Shown: positions 46,614 through 56,138 of the stretch, piece after piece
How the letters are laid out: every line of letters begins with the position of its first letter
Position numbering within the stretch: position 1 is the first letter of the stretch
Assembly: GCA_017621515.1 (NCBI GenBank)
Contig: JAGASY010000008.1
Location: 8,759-72,758, forward strand
DNA: 64,000 bases
Reading direction: 5' to 3'
Source of the DNA: Bacteroidaceae bacterium
Lineage (GTDB): Bacteria; Bacteroidota; Bacteroidia; Bacteroidales; Bacteroidaceae
The notes under the pieces: generated by a model
What the model saw: the letters and a program-made list of their open reading frames with translations, nothing else
Told to the model about the DNA's origin: nothing
Database searches by the model: none
Program-made: the position numbers and the translations under genes

Positions 46614-46698
46614 AATAGTCCTTTTTAAATGTTTGATTTGATAAAGTTACTGAGTTTGTAACATTTTTTGTTTCTGTATTGTTTTGAAGTGTCGTATT

Positions 46699-47526
46699 TT
46701 AGAATGTATATCCGAATCCTAATGCTCCGTAGATTGGATACATCGTGAAAGTGATGGTCTCTTTGAAGGAGCTTTTGAAGGTGTCGTTCATACCCCAGTC
46801 AAGATGGGCGAAGATCATGAAATGTTTAAAACATTGCCAATCTACTCCAGCTTCTATACCCCACTGTAGGCGACGCATGTCTGAAGAGAAATCGTAAGTG
46901 GCAGGGTTGTCTGCCGGAATTTCTATCTTACTGCCTGTCGGCACTTGTAAACCTGTAATAGGGTCTGTTCTCAAAGTGCGCATGTATCCGTCCGCAGCCA
47001 CTCCTGTAAATTCGTGTTTGAGTGCATAGGATATATATGGACCGAGGCTGACAGCCCAGTATTTATTGAAACGGTAGCGTGCAAGTATGGGGATTGTGAG
47101 CAGGGAATAACTTACATTTGTGCTTTCTTTACCTGTGTAGTTACCTTCTGTCTGGTCGCCGTCACGCATAAGTCTGGTATGGTAGTTTTCCACCGTAACG
47201 TCTGTTTCCATACCTTTGTTCTCAAGTCGCACTCCTGCTTGTACACCCCAGTTCTTTGTGAACATTTTCTCAATGTCAACTCCTATCCCAAGATTCATCC
47301 CCGGATCGAAACTGTTGATACTTTTTACTTCTGATGGAACGGGGAGCGGGGTTGTACCTCCTATATTTAATCCTGCCCTCATGGTGATCTTGTAACCTTT
47401 GTTTGCAAGATTGCGGATTACTCCAGTATTTTCTTTGGGCATGCCGGCATATCGCTCCGTTTGTGCTGGCAAATACAGGCAAAACAGGATTGCAATTGTA
47501 GTAAGGATATATCTGTTTATGTTCAT
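46699..47526 (-). CDS. Outer membrane beta-barrel protein (porin/OmpA-like barrel family)
   Basis: Likely start MNINRYILTTIAILFCLYLPAQ. Alternating beta-strand pattern with a terminal aromatic (..GFGYTF). The ORF extends to 47583. Confidence 0.7.
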   Translation of the reverse strand: MNINRYILTTIAILFCLYLPAQTERYAGMPKENTGVIRNLANKGYKITMRAGLNIGGTTPLPVPSEVKSINSFDPGMNLGIGVDIEKMFTKNWGVQAGVRLENKGMETDVTVENYHTRLMRDGDQTEGNYTGKESTNVSYSLLTIPILARYRFNKYWAVSLGPYISYALKHEFTGVAADGYMRTLRTDPITGLQVPTGSKIEIPADNPATYDFSSDMRRLQWGIEAGVDWQCFKHFMIFAHLDWGMNDTFKSSFKETITFTMYPIYGALGFGYTF

Positions 47527-47560
47527 GATGATTTGTAGTTTATGGTATTGAAGGTCATGC

Positions 47561-48802
47561 TTATTTCTCACAGATGACTTCAAGCTCGTCTATCTTTAAT
47601 GTAGAACCTATTGCACCGCAAAAGAAAGCGCCTTGTCTGCTTGATGAACCGACAACGGCAAGATTGTAGCCGTATCCGCTGATGTACTCAGGTACTAACT
47701 CCATTGGATAAGAGTCATAATCAAAATCAGCTGTGAAATACACCCATTCTCCGTTTGTTCCGGCTGCCAACTGGTCGTTGAGACGGGCTTTTCCGACAAT
47801 ATAGGGACTGTTAGGAATGGTGTTTCCGTCAAGAATGATTGTATTTCCGTTCTCATCTTTATTTCTGTATATCAGTGCATATACATCGCAGGAGTCAGCT
47901 CTGTCTATGATATGTCCGTCGCGGTCTTGATATTTCTCTCCCGGGGTGTATGACATCCATCCGCGTAGCTGCAATGGTTTTTTATTGAACGGAACACCGA
48001 AACGTGTACTTGCACGTGCATCTTTGAGAGCTGTACTTACGTCAAATTCTCCAAGGAATATATTGCCGGCAGCAAGACGCATGTTCATCATGGCTGCAAT
48101 ACCTCCGGTATCCATCGTGGTGAGCTTAACCCCTTTCCCTCCGTTTACTCCTTCGCAAGGGGTCGTAGGATAATTGTCAGGAGAGTTGTTGACTTTAGAA
48201 ATACCGAATCCCGGGTTTCCACTTGCCCATGAGGTCTTATACACTCCGTCGGAGTCATATTCTTTCCACATATAATAATGTGCAATATTCTTTTTTAGAT
48301 TGCCATTCTCGTCCATTGTGGAATCGTTTAGCTCAAACCATTCGAAATGATATTCTGTGGCAACTTCCTGACAGTTGAAGGACAGTGTGTAAATATGATG
48401 GCTTTGCTTGTTCGCTGATACAACCATATACTTCTGTCCGACTTTGCTGAAATCGCGTCCGACTCCGTTTGCTGGTACCGTCCATTCGCCGTTGGCATCC
48501 TGCATAAATATCTCTGAGCCGCTGGTCAATATAAATTGAGGAGCTATATTTTGCATATCAGCGTCAATGGTGACCGGTACTTCCGGACTATCATCAAATA
48601 CGCGGAACATAGTGTCTGATTCTACTTTCAGTATTTTCGGGTCTGAAAATTTGATAAACCGTATGTCTGCCTCGTATGGATTGGATTCGAAGGTATCAAG
48701 GCTAAAGTCCGATTCTTGGCATCCATACATAAACAAGATAATCAATATAAGTGGGAATATGACGCTTTTATGGTGATAAAGCGGATTTTTGATATTGCTC
48801 AT
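47561..48802 (-). CDS. PCMD domain-containing lipoprotein
   Basis: Likely start MSNIKNP..LILFMYGCQES (lipobox). AAGNIFLGEFD...TRFGVPFNKKPLQLRGWMSYTPG is typical of PCMD. The ORF extends to 49006 through an implausible N-terminal extension. Confidence 0.7.
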   Translation of the reverse strand: MSNIKNPLYHHKSVIFPLILIILFMYGCQESDFSLDTFESNPYEADIRFIKFSDPKILKVESDTMFRVFDDSPEVPVTIDADMQNIAPQFILTSGSEIFMQDANGEWTVPANGVGRDFSKVGQKYMVVSANKQSHHIYTLSFNCQEVATEYHFEWFELNDSTMDENGNLKKNIAHYYMWKEYDSDGVYKTSWASGNPGFGISKVNNSPDNYPTTPCEGVNGGKGVKLTTMDTGGIAAMMNMRLAAGNIFLGEFDVSTALKDARASTRFGVPFNKKPLQLRGWMSYTPGEKYQDRDGHIIDRADSCDVYALIYRNKDENGNTIILDGNTIPNSPYIVGKARLNDQLAAGTNGEWVYFTADFDYDSYPMELVPEYISGYGYNLAVVGSSSRQGAFFCGAIGSTLKIDELEVICEK

Positions 48803-49194
48803 GTAAAACTTGTGTTGATTTTTTGCTATAAATATCATGTAACAGTCTGGTTGTATGCAGACAAGGTTTTGAACATCTTGACGATAAACCACAATGTTGT
48901 AGGGCGGCAAAGGTACGAAAATAAAGTATATAATTATATTTTGTTGTGAAAAAAAGACCAAAAAAATAGCAACATTGATCCTATTTTTATGTAAGAAATA
49001 GACCAATAAAAGATACGAATTGGCAAGTATATAAGTGTTTTATCTGCCAATTCGTATCTTTTATTGTAATAAATAATAGAATACGAAACTGCTTTTTTAT
49101 TAAAATATATGCATCAAAACGTATATGTTTTGTTTTTGTAGAAGAACATGCTTCTCGGTAACTCTTGTGTGTTAGGGCTGACAATATCTATTAT

Positions 49195-50202
49195 TTATAC
49201 CCTTGTAAACTTATCTTCTATTACCTCTGTAAGTACATCTTTCATTTCCAGTCCGGCTGCTCGTACTTGTTGCGGAATGAAACTGGTGGCAGTCATGCCC
49301 GGTGTAGTGTTGATTTCCAGAAGATTAATTTTGTCTATCATTTCACCATTTTCTTTTTCGTGTGAAATGATATAGTCGATACGTATGATTCCGGATGCAT
49401 CAAGTATGTCGTATATGGCGGAAGTCAATGCCTGTACACGTTTCGTTGTGGATTCGCTGAGCCGTGCAGGAGTGATTTCTTCTACTTTCCCATTGTATTT
49501 TGCGTCATAATCGAAAAACTCGTCTTGACTTACCACTTCTGTGATTGGCAATACCTGTCCGCCTCCATTCTTTGTCTTATAGACACCGTTGGATATTTCT
49601 GTACCTATAATTTCACTTTCGATTACGACTTCCGGACTTTCGTGCATGGCTTTTTCTATAGCCGGCTGTATGTCATCGGCAGTCTTGCATTTTGTCACAC
49701 CGAAACTGGAACCTCCCTCATTGGGCTTTATGAAACATGGAAGTCCTACACGGCTTATTACATCCTCATTGCTGACTGTTTGGCCTTTGCGTATCAGCAT
49801 TGACTCGGCGATGCGTACACCGAATCCTTTAAGATATTGGTTGAGGATAAATTTGTTGAATGTCATTGCCTCAAACAGTATGTCGCCGGTAGAATAGGGG
49901 ATATGTAGCAGGTCGAAGTACCCTTGCAGGATGCCGTTCTCTCCCGGTGTACCGTGAATGGTGATATAAGCAAAATCAGGTCTGATTGTTTGTCCGTCTG
50001 CTTCGAATGAAAAGTCATGGCGGTTGACGGCAGCACGCTTTCCGTTTTCAAGGTGTGCCTCCCATGTTAGCCCCGTTATCTCTATGATATAGACATTGAA
50101 CTTCTCACGGTCAATCCATGAGTTGATGCCTTCTGCACTGCGGAGCGATACATCATGCTCCGAAGAGTCTCCTCCGGCTATGATGGCTACAGTCTTTTTC
50201 AT
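49195..50202 (-). CDS. ddl: D-alanine--D-alanine ligase
   Basis: Start MKKTVAIIAGGDSSEHDVSL; ATP-grasp motifs (FIKPNEGGSSFGV, LEINTTPGMT). The ORF extends to 50274. Confidence 0.9.
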   Translation of the reverse strand: MKKTVAIIAGGDSSEHDVSLRSAEGINSWIDREKFNVYIIEITGLTWEAHLENGKRAAVNRHDFSFEADGQTIRPDFAYITIHGTPGENGILQGYFDLLHIPYSTGDILFEAMTFNKFILNQYLKGFGVRIAESMLIRKGQTVSNEDVISRVGLPCFIKPNEGGSSFGVTKCKTADDIQPAIEKAMHESPEVVIESEIIGTEISNGVYKTKNGGGQVLPITEVVSQDEFFDYDAKYNGKVEEITPARLSESTTKRVQALTSAIYDILDASGIIRIDYIISHEKENGEMIDKINLLEINTTPGMTATSFIPQQVRAAGLEMKDVLTEVIEDKFTRV

Positions 50203-50257
50203 CTTCTTTCCTTTGTTTCTTGATTGTGTGTTTATATTTATGTTTTTTCCGGAGATG

Positions 50258-51355
50258 TCAATCTGTATATACATCTCTGTTTGATATATAGTTCTCCCAC
50301 TTCTTTATTAGAGCAGTCATGTCTTCCGGCAGTTCAGAAGAGAACATCATTTCTTCTCCTGTGCGTGGATGCACGAATCCGAGTGTGCGTGCATGAAGTG
50401 CTTGGCGCGGACATATCTTGAAGCAGTTTTCCACAAACTGCTTGTATTTTGAAAATTGTGTTCCGCGAAGAATCTGACTGCCTCCGTATCTTTCATCGTT
50501 GAACAATGTATGTCCTATGTGCTTCATGTGTACACGTATCTGATGTGTGCGTCCCGTTTCAAGTACACATCTTACAAGTGTGACATATCCGAGACGTTCC
50601 ATTATATAATAATGTGTAACGGCATGTTTTCCGATTTCACTGTTGCTTGGGAAAACCGCCATCTGCATTCTGTCTTTAGGATTGCGCGCAATATTTCCTT
50701 CGATTCTTCCTTCTTCCTCTTCGATGTTGCCCCATACAAGAGCGTTGTATTCGCGTTTTGTCGTTTTGTTAAAGAATTGCAACCCTAAATTCGTTTTTGC
50801 CGATGCTGTCTTGGCTATGACAAGCAAGCCGCTTGTGTCTTTGTCAATACGGTGTACAAGACCTATTTCCGGGTTGTTGATGTCAAAATCAGGATTGTCC
50901 CTCAGATGCCATGCTATGGCATTGAGTAATGTGCCATGCCAGTTTCCGAATCCTGGGTGGACAACCAGACCGGCTTGTTTGTTGACCACAATTAAGTCTT
51001 CATCCTCATATACAATCTCGATAGGAATGTCTTCCGGGGTGATTTCGTTGTCGTAGTGAGGCCGGTCAAGCATGATTTTTATGACATCTCCCGGCTTCAC
51101 TTTATAGCTGCGCTTGACAGGTTTGTCGTTTGCCATAATAAAACCGGCATCGGCAGCTTTCTGTATTCTATTTCTTGATATGCCCGAAAGGTGTACGATG
51201 AGAAACTTATCTACTCTCATCATTTTCTGTTTCTTGTCTGCCAGAATGCGGTAGTGCTCATATAGTTGTGAACTTTCGTCTTCGTCGTCCGCCTCTGTGT
51301 CTATATATTCTTCTTCCGGCAGAAGCTCTTCTTCTATATCTTGTGGCTTTTCCAA
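50258..51355 (-). CDS. rluD: RluA/RluD family 23S rRNA pseudouridine synthase
   Basis: 365 aa. S4 domain (RVDKFL) and catalytic HRIDKDTSGLLV, plus GRTHQIRVH. Confidence 0.9.
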   Translation of the reverse strand: MEKPQDIEEELLPEEEYIDTEADDEDESSQLYEHYRILADKKQKMMRVDKFLIVHLSGISRNRIQKAADAGFIMANDKPVKRSYKVKPGDVIKIMLDRPHYDNEITPEDIPIEIVYEDEDLIVVNKQAGLVVHPGFGNWHGTLLNAIAWHLRDNPDFDINNPEIGLVHRIDKDTSGLLVIAKTASAKTNLGLQFFNKTTKREYNALVWGNIEEEEGRIEGNIARNPKDRMQMAVFPSNSEIGKHAVTHYYIMERLGYVTLVRCVLETGRTHQIRVHMKHIGHTLFNDERYGGSQILRGTQFSKYKQFVENCFKICPRQALHARTLGFVHPRTGEEMMFSSELPEDMTALIKKWENYISNRDVYTD

Positions 51356-51376
51356 TTTTCTTCTTGCTTTTCCAAT

Positions 51377-52003
51377 TTATAAGTCTATGTCAAAATCTAC
51401 ATCACTATCTTCTGTAAGTGAAGAATCGACTGCTAATGAGTCCTCTGTTTCTCCTGCTCCTGCGACAATTGTTAATGCACGGTCACGTGACACCATTTCT
51501 CCGGCATAGACTTCACGCATACCTTGTTTTATTCCTATTACAAAGTCTTTGGGTTCTCCTTCGATGAGCATGGTTGGTGTTAGCTTGAATCCCAAAGCCT
51601 TTAGCTGTGCTTCTGCTTCACGCAAAGAACTGTTGTTGGCGAGGTCTGGCATTTTTACCATCGGCTCTCCGTTGAGGTTGATTGTCAGATAAATGATTCG
51701 TCCGCTTTTCACTTCGCTTCCGGATTTCGGAGTCTGCTCCAGCACGATGCCGGGTGAAGCACTGCTCGAATAAGTGGAATCGGCAACAATTCCTTTCAAA
51801 CCGCGTTCTTCCAAAAGAGCGATGGCTGTTTCCGGTCTTTGTCCTGTTATCTCGGGCACCTCAATTTTTTCTCCGTGATGAGTGTAGATGCCGAGAGCAT
51901 AAAATGTACCGAACGGAACTGCCAGCAATACCATCAACATCAATACGATGTTCAACCAGAATGTAAATCCCGTCTTGCCTGTAAAATATGTCTTTAGTCC
52001 CAT
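51377..52003 (-). CDS. PASTA domain-containing membrane protein
   Basis: 208 aa. An N-terminal TM helix followed by two PASTA-like repeats (G..A...L...GL). Confidence 0.75.
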   Translation of the reverse strand: MGLKTYFTGKTGFTFWLNIVLMLMVLLAVPFGTFYALGIYTHHGEKIEVPEITGQRPETAIALLEERGLKGIVADSTYSSSASPGIVLEQTPKSGSEVKSGRIIYLTINLNGEPMVKMPDLANNSSLREAEAQLKALGFKLTPTMLIEGEPKDFVIGIKQGMREVYAGEMVSRDRALTIVAGAGETEDSLAVDSSLTEDSDVDFDIDL

Positions 52004-52171
52004 AATTAATAATATCTTGATTACGGCTCCAAAGGTACATAAAAAAAGCAGAAGTCCTGTTCAAAACCTCTGCTTTCATATAGCTTTTTTGTTTTTATTG
52101 TCCGTAGTTGCTCTTTTCGGTTTAGGCTTTTATACGGACTCTTCCGCTTTGGGAGTCGTTTGGAGAGTTGC

Positions 52172-52327
52172 TTATTTGCCGTGGTGCTCGCTTGATACAG
52201 TAAGCTGCTTGCGGCCCTTTCTGCGGCGTGATGACAAAACTCGGCGTCCGTTTGCTGTTGACATACGCTCACGGAATCCATGCTTGTTTACTCTCTTCCT
52301 GTTGTGAGGTTGAAATGTTCTTTTCAT
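52172..52327 (-). CDS. rpmH: 50S ribosomal protein L34
   Basis: Translated by hand: [51 protein letters not shown] (51 aa). It falls below the 60-aa cutoff of the ORF track. Confidence 0.95.
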   Translation of the reverse strand: MKRTFQPHNRKRVNKHGFRERMSTANGRRVLSSRRRKGRKQLTVSSEHHGK

Positions 52328-52529
52328 CTTTATGTTTTATTTTTTTAAGTTATTGTTTTGCTTTATCAGTTGTTCATTCAATTCTTCGTTTGCTCTTATT
52401 ACAACACATACAAGGCTTGAAAAACTGTTCATCAAGCCTGTAAAAATGCTAAATAAGCCAATTCAGCGTGCAAAAGTAGTGATTTTTTTATAATTCGCCC
52501 AAAGTTTATGGCGATTTTACATGTCTTTT

Positions 52530-52560
52530 TTTGCCATTTTATGAAAAACACCTACTTTTG
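52530..52560 (+). promoter_or_regulatory. Bacteroidota-type promoter upstream of efp (TTTG-N19-TACTTTTG)
   Basis: TTTG at 52530-52533 and TActTTTG at 52553-52560, about 67 nt upstream of the efp ATG. Confidence 0.45.
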
Positions 52561-52626
52561 CATTTGTTTTGATACTTTTTAGTGAAAAAATCAATATATA
52601 AACTTTATAAATAGAATTTTAGCTAT

Positions 52627-53184
52627 ATGTTAGCAGGAGACATCAAGAAAAACGTATGTTTGCGTATTGACGGCAGAATTTATGTAGTTATCGACTTTTT
52701 GCACGTTAAACCGGGTAAGGGAAATACAGTGATGAGAACAAAGCTTCGTGACGTGGCTGACGGACGTGTGCTTGAGCGTACATGGATTGTAAGTGCAAAG
52801 CTCGAAGAGGTTCAGGTTGATCACCGCCAGTTCCAGTTCCTTTATAAGGAGGGTGAAGATCTTGTGTTCATGAACAATGACACTTTTGAACAGGTGAACA
52901 TCCCGCGTGAGGTAATCACAGGTGTGGATTTCCTTAAGGAAGGTGATACAATCATGGCTTCTATCGATGCTTCTACTGACACAATCCTTACAGGTGAAGT
53001 TCCTGTTAAGGTTGTGTTGAAGGTTACTTACACAGAGCCGGGACTTAAAGGCGACACTGCTACAAACGCCACAAAGCCTGCTACTGTAGAGACTGGTGCT
53101 GAGATTCGTGTGCCTCTTTTCATCAATGAAGGCGATATGATTGAGGTTGATACTCGTGACGGTTCGTATGTAACTCGTAAGTAA
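52627..53184 (+). CDS. efp: Elongation factor P
   Basis: 185 aa. HVKPGKGNTVMRTKLRDV (KPGKG loop) and a C-terminal OB domain. It has the only in-frame start after an upstream stop. Confidence 0.95.
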   Translation: MLAGDIKKNVCLRIDGRIYVVIDFLHVKPGKGNTVMRTKLRDVADGRVLERTWIVSAKLEEVQVDHRQFQFLYKEGEDLVFMNNDTFEQVNIPREVITGVDFLKEGDTIMASIDASTDTILTGEVPVKVVLKVTYTEPGLKGDTATNATKPATVETGAEIRVPLFINEGDMIEVDTRDGSYVTRK

Positions 53185-53205
53185 TAAACAAACTTTTTAT
53201 TGTAT

Positions 53206-53251
53206 AAAGCCGTGCCATTGCTTTTGTATAGAGCAATAGCATGGCTTTTTT
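53206..53251 (+). terminator. Terminator after efp
   Basis: AAAGCCGTGCCATTGCT...AGCAATAGCATGGCTTTTTT. Confidence 0.65.
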
Positions 53252-53269
53252 CGTGGCATATTTTATTGT

Positions 53270-53302
53270 AGATAAAAAGAAGAGGTGCATCGAAATCACC
53301 GA
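53270..53302 (-). terminator. Terminator after the PI-PLC-like gene
   Basis: AAGAGGTGCATCG-aaatcac-CGATGCACCTCTT, with a T-rich tail on the minus strand. Confidence 0.6.
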
Positions 53303-53330
53303 TGCACCTCTTGATGTTTTCTTATTCAGT

Positions 53331-54809
53331 TTATAGTTTGATTTTCAAGATATTTCCATCTTCAAATCTGATGATGTTCACAGAACCCTTTCTTGGCTCT
53401 TTCAAGAGTCTTCCATCTACAGAATACACCTTATATCTCTTTGCTGCCAAATCTTCCTTTACAGACAAAATACCTGTCTCAAAATCGTTTTGAGCGTTCT
53501 TTGCATCTGCAATAATCTTGTCGATAGCTTCTGTGATGGTGGCAGAGTCGATATGGCTTTCTTCTGTGAGCTGTATGTCTGCATACTGTTTTTCCACATC
53601 TGCCTTTATTTGGTCGATAGACTCCTGCACTGCGGCTAATGCCTCTTCAAAGTTTTGTGCCACATCCGGACATTCCGTGGATATCGATGTCTTTGCAGCA
53701 GACAGCTTTGAGTTGAGAGCTTTTATCTCTTTGGTCAATGCGGCATATACAGTCTTGTTCACCTTCATTTCGTCGGTTTCGTAAGTCAAATACTTGAAGT
53801 TGTTGGCAATGAGCAAATCTACCAGCTCTTTACCTCTTGTCTGATATTCTCCGCTCTGATCGACTCCTGCATAGTCCATCAATATGATGCCAGTCGGTCC
53901 GGCTACATGTGAGTTCAGGTATTTGATGATTGCCGTATGTGTGTAAGTGGCATTGTCTCTGTAACCATCACTTATGGATATGCTACCCAGCAGAGTTTTT
54001 GAATAAGCTGATGCAAAGTTATATACCCACACAATCTGTCCTCTCGTCTTTGTCACATGTTGGGTACTGAAGTCAAGCATCTTATTGATGGCTTCTATCT
54101 TTACGTCTATGTCACCTTCTTTATGAGTGTCAGAGAAGTCCTGCATATAGAGTCTGCCTTTTGCGTATGTGCTTGAAGTGGCTCCTGTGATGAGTCCTTG
54201 AGTCTGTGCGTTCCAATCTACATATCCGCACCAGTTGGAGAAGAATCCGCCTATAGGCTTGCTTGCATATTTGTCTCGGCTATGTATCAGTATTTTGCCT
54301 CTCATGTCTCCCACAGTCAAGTCTGTCCTAAAGTCGGCAAGATAAGGCTTAAGTTCATCGCTTTTCAACAACTCTTGTATCATTGAGTTGTAAACATTCT
54401 CAACTTTGTCTCCGTCTGAGGCATGTAACAGATGGATGATGGCAAATTCTGTTGGATTGGCGATGAGCGAATCTCTTAACTGGAAAAGTACTTCATCAAA
54501 ATGGGCTTTGGTCGCTACTATACCGTGGTTGCAGTGCAGATAGCCTTCGCGTGTTGCCGGACGAAGGTCAAAAGCACGTATGCCCAGTTTCCATTGTTCT
54601 CCGATGGTCAAGTCCTGAGTGCGGGCGAAAGATTCTCCCAAAGACTCAGAGCCTTCCTCAAACCCTTCTCCTGTGGCAGAATCGTGTGAACCCGGAATAG
54701 ACAGTACAGCCACGTATGTCTCGTCCGGCAGATGTTTCATCCAGTTGTCTGCAAAAGTGTAATTGCTCACGCAAGTGGTGAGCAGTAGTGAAAGTAAAGT
54801 TTTTTTCAT
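53331..54809 (-). CDS. Secreted PI-PLC X-domain (PLC-like phosphodiesterase) protein with helical linker and T9SS C-terminal domain
   Basis: 492 aa. Signal peptide, SIPGSHDSAT and IRAFDLR (PI-PLC X-box), an A/E/K-rich helical segment, and a beta-rich C-terminus ..YKVYSVDGRLL...ILKIKL. Confidence 0.75.
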   Translation of the reverse strand: MKKTLLSLLLTTCVSNYTFADNWMKHLPDETYVAVLSIPGSHDSATGEGFEEGSESLGESFARTQDLTIGEQWKLGIRAFDLRPATREGYLHCNHGIVATKAHFDEVLFQLRDSLIANPTEFAIIHLLHASDGDKVENVYNSMIQELLKSDELKPYLADFRTDLTVGDMRGKILIHSRDKYASKPIGGFFSNWCGYVDWNAQTQGLITGATSSTYAKGRLYMQDFSDTHKEGDIDVKIEAINKMLDFSTQHVTKTRGQIVWVYNFASAYSKTLLGSISISDGYRDNATYTHTAIIKYLNSHVAGPTGIILMDYAGVDQSGEYQTRGKELVDLLIANNFKYLTYETDEMKVNKTVYAALTKEIKALNSKLSAAKTSISTECPDVAQNFEEALAAVQESIDQIKADVEKQYADIQLTEESHIDSATITEAIDKIIADAKNAQNDFETGILSVKEDLAAKRYKVYSVDGRLLKEPRKGSVNIIRFEDGNILKIKL

Positions 54810-54907
54810 GATTTAGTTGTTTTTATAATTCAGTCGTTTTTGATGTATCTTTTCTGTAAAAGAATTATGTATGTGTTCTTTCTGCAAAAATAGTGATTTT
54901 ATGGTAG

Positions 54908-54944
54908 GAAAAAAAGAAGCGGTCATGAATTTGACCGCTTCTTT
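54908..54944 (-). terminator. Rho-independent terminator after fcl
   Basis: AAGAAGCGGTCA-tgaatt-TGACCGCTTCTT, with a T-run on the minus strand (A-run 54908-54915). Confidence 0.7.
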
Positions 54945-54999
54945 GCCTATTTTGTATGTATATCTGTGTTCTCACAGAAAACCGATAAGTTGAGGTTTA

Positions 55000-56121
55000 T
55001 CAGCTGAAGTGATTGATACAGATACCTTTCAGATACCATTCGTACAGACGGTGTATGCCTTCGTCTATCTCTATCTTATGATGCCATCCGAGTCCGTGCA
55101 GCTTGCTCACGTCTGTAAGCTTCTTCATTGTTCCGTCCGGCTTTGACGCATCCCAGCGCAGTTCGCCCTTGAAACCGATTTCTGCCATGATTTTCTCTGC
55201 ACACTCCTTGATGGTCAGTTCTTTGCCCGTGCCCACATTGATATGGCAGTTGCGTATCTCCTTCTCGTTATGGTTATACGTATCTTTGAAATCTACATTC
55301 AACAGCACATGCACACTTGCGTCTGCCATTTCTTCGCTCCAAAGGAACTCTCTGAGCGGAGCACCGGTACCCCACAGCGTCACAGCCTCGGGGCTGATTC
55401 CGTAGTGAGCAAGAACTTCAAGTATGTCAGCTTCTTCCGAATTGCTGTCGATGACGACTTTTTCGCCGTTCTTCTGCATGCTGACCGGACGGAGAGCGAT
55501 GTCTTCGCGCACTGCTTTCCAGTTGCCTTCGTTCAGACACTTTGCCAGATGTATCTTGCGAATCATGGCAGGAAGCACATGGCTGTTCTCCAGATGGAAG
55601 TTGTCGTTAGGTCCATACAGGTTAGTAGGCATCACTGCTATGTAGTTTGTACCGTACTGTATGTTGAAACTCTCGCACATCTTCAGACCGGCAATCTTAG
55701 CTATGGCATACGGCTCATTGGTGTATTCAAGCGGCGAAGTCAGCAGCACATCCTCCGTCATTGGCTGAGGAGCCTCGCGTGGGTAGATGCACGTGCTTCC
55801 GAGGAACAGCAGTTTCTTAACACCGTGGCGGAAGCTTTCGCCGATAACATTCTGCTGGATTTGCAGATTGCGGTAGATGAAGTCCGCACGGTATTGCAGA
55901 TTTGCCATGATTCCTCCCACATGAGCGGCAGCAAGCACCACTGCATCCGGCTGCTCTTCGTCGAAGAATGCCTTTACGGCTGCCGGATCAAGAAGGTCAA
56001 GCTCCTTATGGCTTTTTCCTACGAGGTTCTCGTAGCCGCGTGATTTCAGGTTGTTCCAAATAGCGGAGCCTACAAGTCCGTGGTGTCCCGCAACATATAT
56101 TTTTGCTGATTTGTCCAACAT
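55000..56121 (-). CDS. fcl: GDP-L-fucose synthase
   Basis: 373 aa. VAGHHGLVGSAI NAD(P) motif, GSTCIYP, YAIAK (YxxxK). It lies adjacent to gmd. Confidence 0.9.
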   Translation of the reverse strand: MLDKSAKIYVAGHHGLVGSAIWNNLKSRGYENLVGKSHKELDLLDPAAVKAFFDEEQPDAVVLAAAHVGGIMANLQYRADFIYRNLQIQQNVIGESFRHGVKKLLFLGSTCIYPREAPQPMTEDVLLTSPLEYTNEPYAIAKIAGLKMCESFNIQYGTNYIAVMPTNLYGPNDNFHLENSHVLPAMIRKIHLAKCLNEGNWKAVREDIALRPVSMQKNGEKVVIDSNSEEADILEVLAHYGISPEAVTLWGTGAPLREFLWSEEMADASVHVLLNVDFKDTYNHNEKEIRNCHINVGTGKELTIKECAEKIMAEIGFKGELRWDASKPDGTMKKLTDVSKLHGLGWHHKIEIDEGIHRLYEWYLKGICINHFS

Positions 56122-56138
56122 CTTTTTTCCTCTTCCGA

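Noticed and set aside
48803-49006. 68-codon N-terminal extension of the PCMD lipoprotein. Similar extensions occur for ddl (50203-50274), the beta-barrel gene (47527-47583), the coiled-coil lipoprotein (40439-40486) and dgt (37923-37973).
   Set aside because: The internal starts give canonical signal peptides, lipoboxes or conserved N-termini. The extensions are AT-rich and overlap neighbouring genes or promoter regions.
52021-52281. 86-aa ORF on the minus strand
   Set aside because: It overlaps rpmH in another frame, and L34 is clearly the real product.
55243-56043. 266-aa ORF antisense to fcl, and the similar 223-aa ORF at 25641-26312 antisense to argD
   Set aside because: The opposite strand encodes highly conserved enzymes with intact motifs. 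The antisense frames have no motifs.
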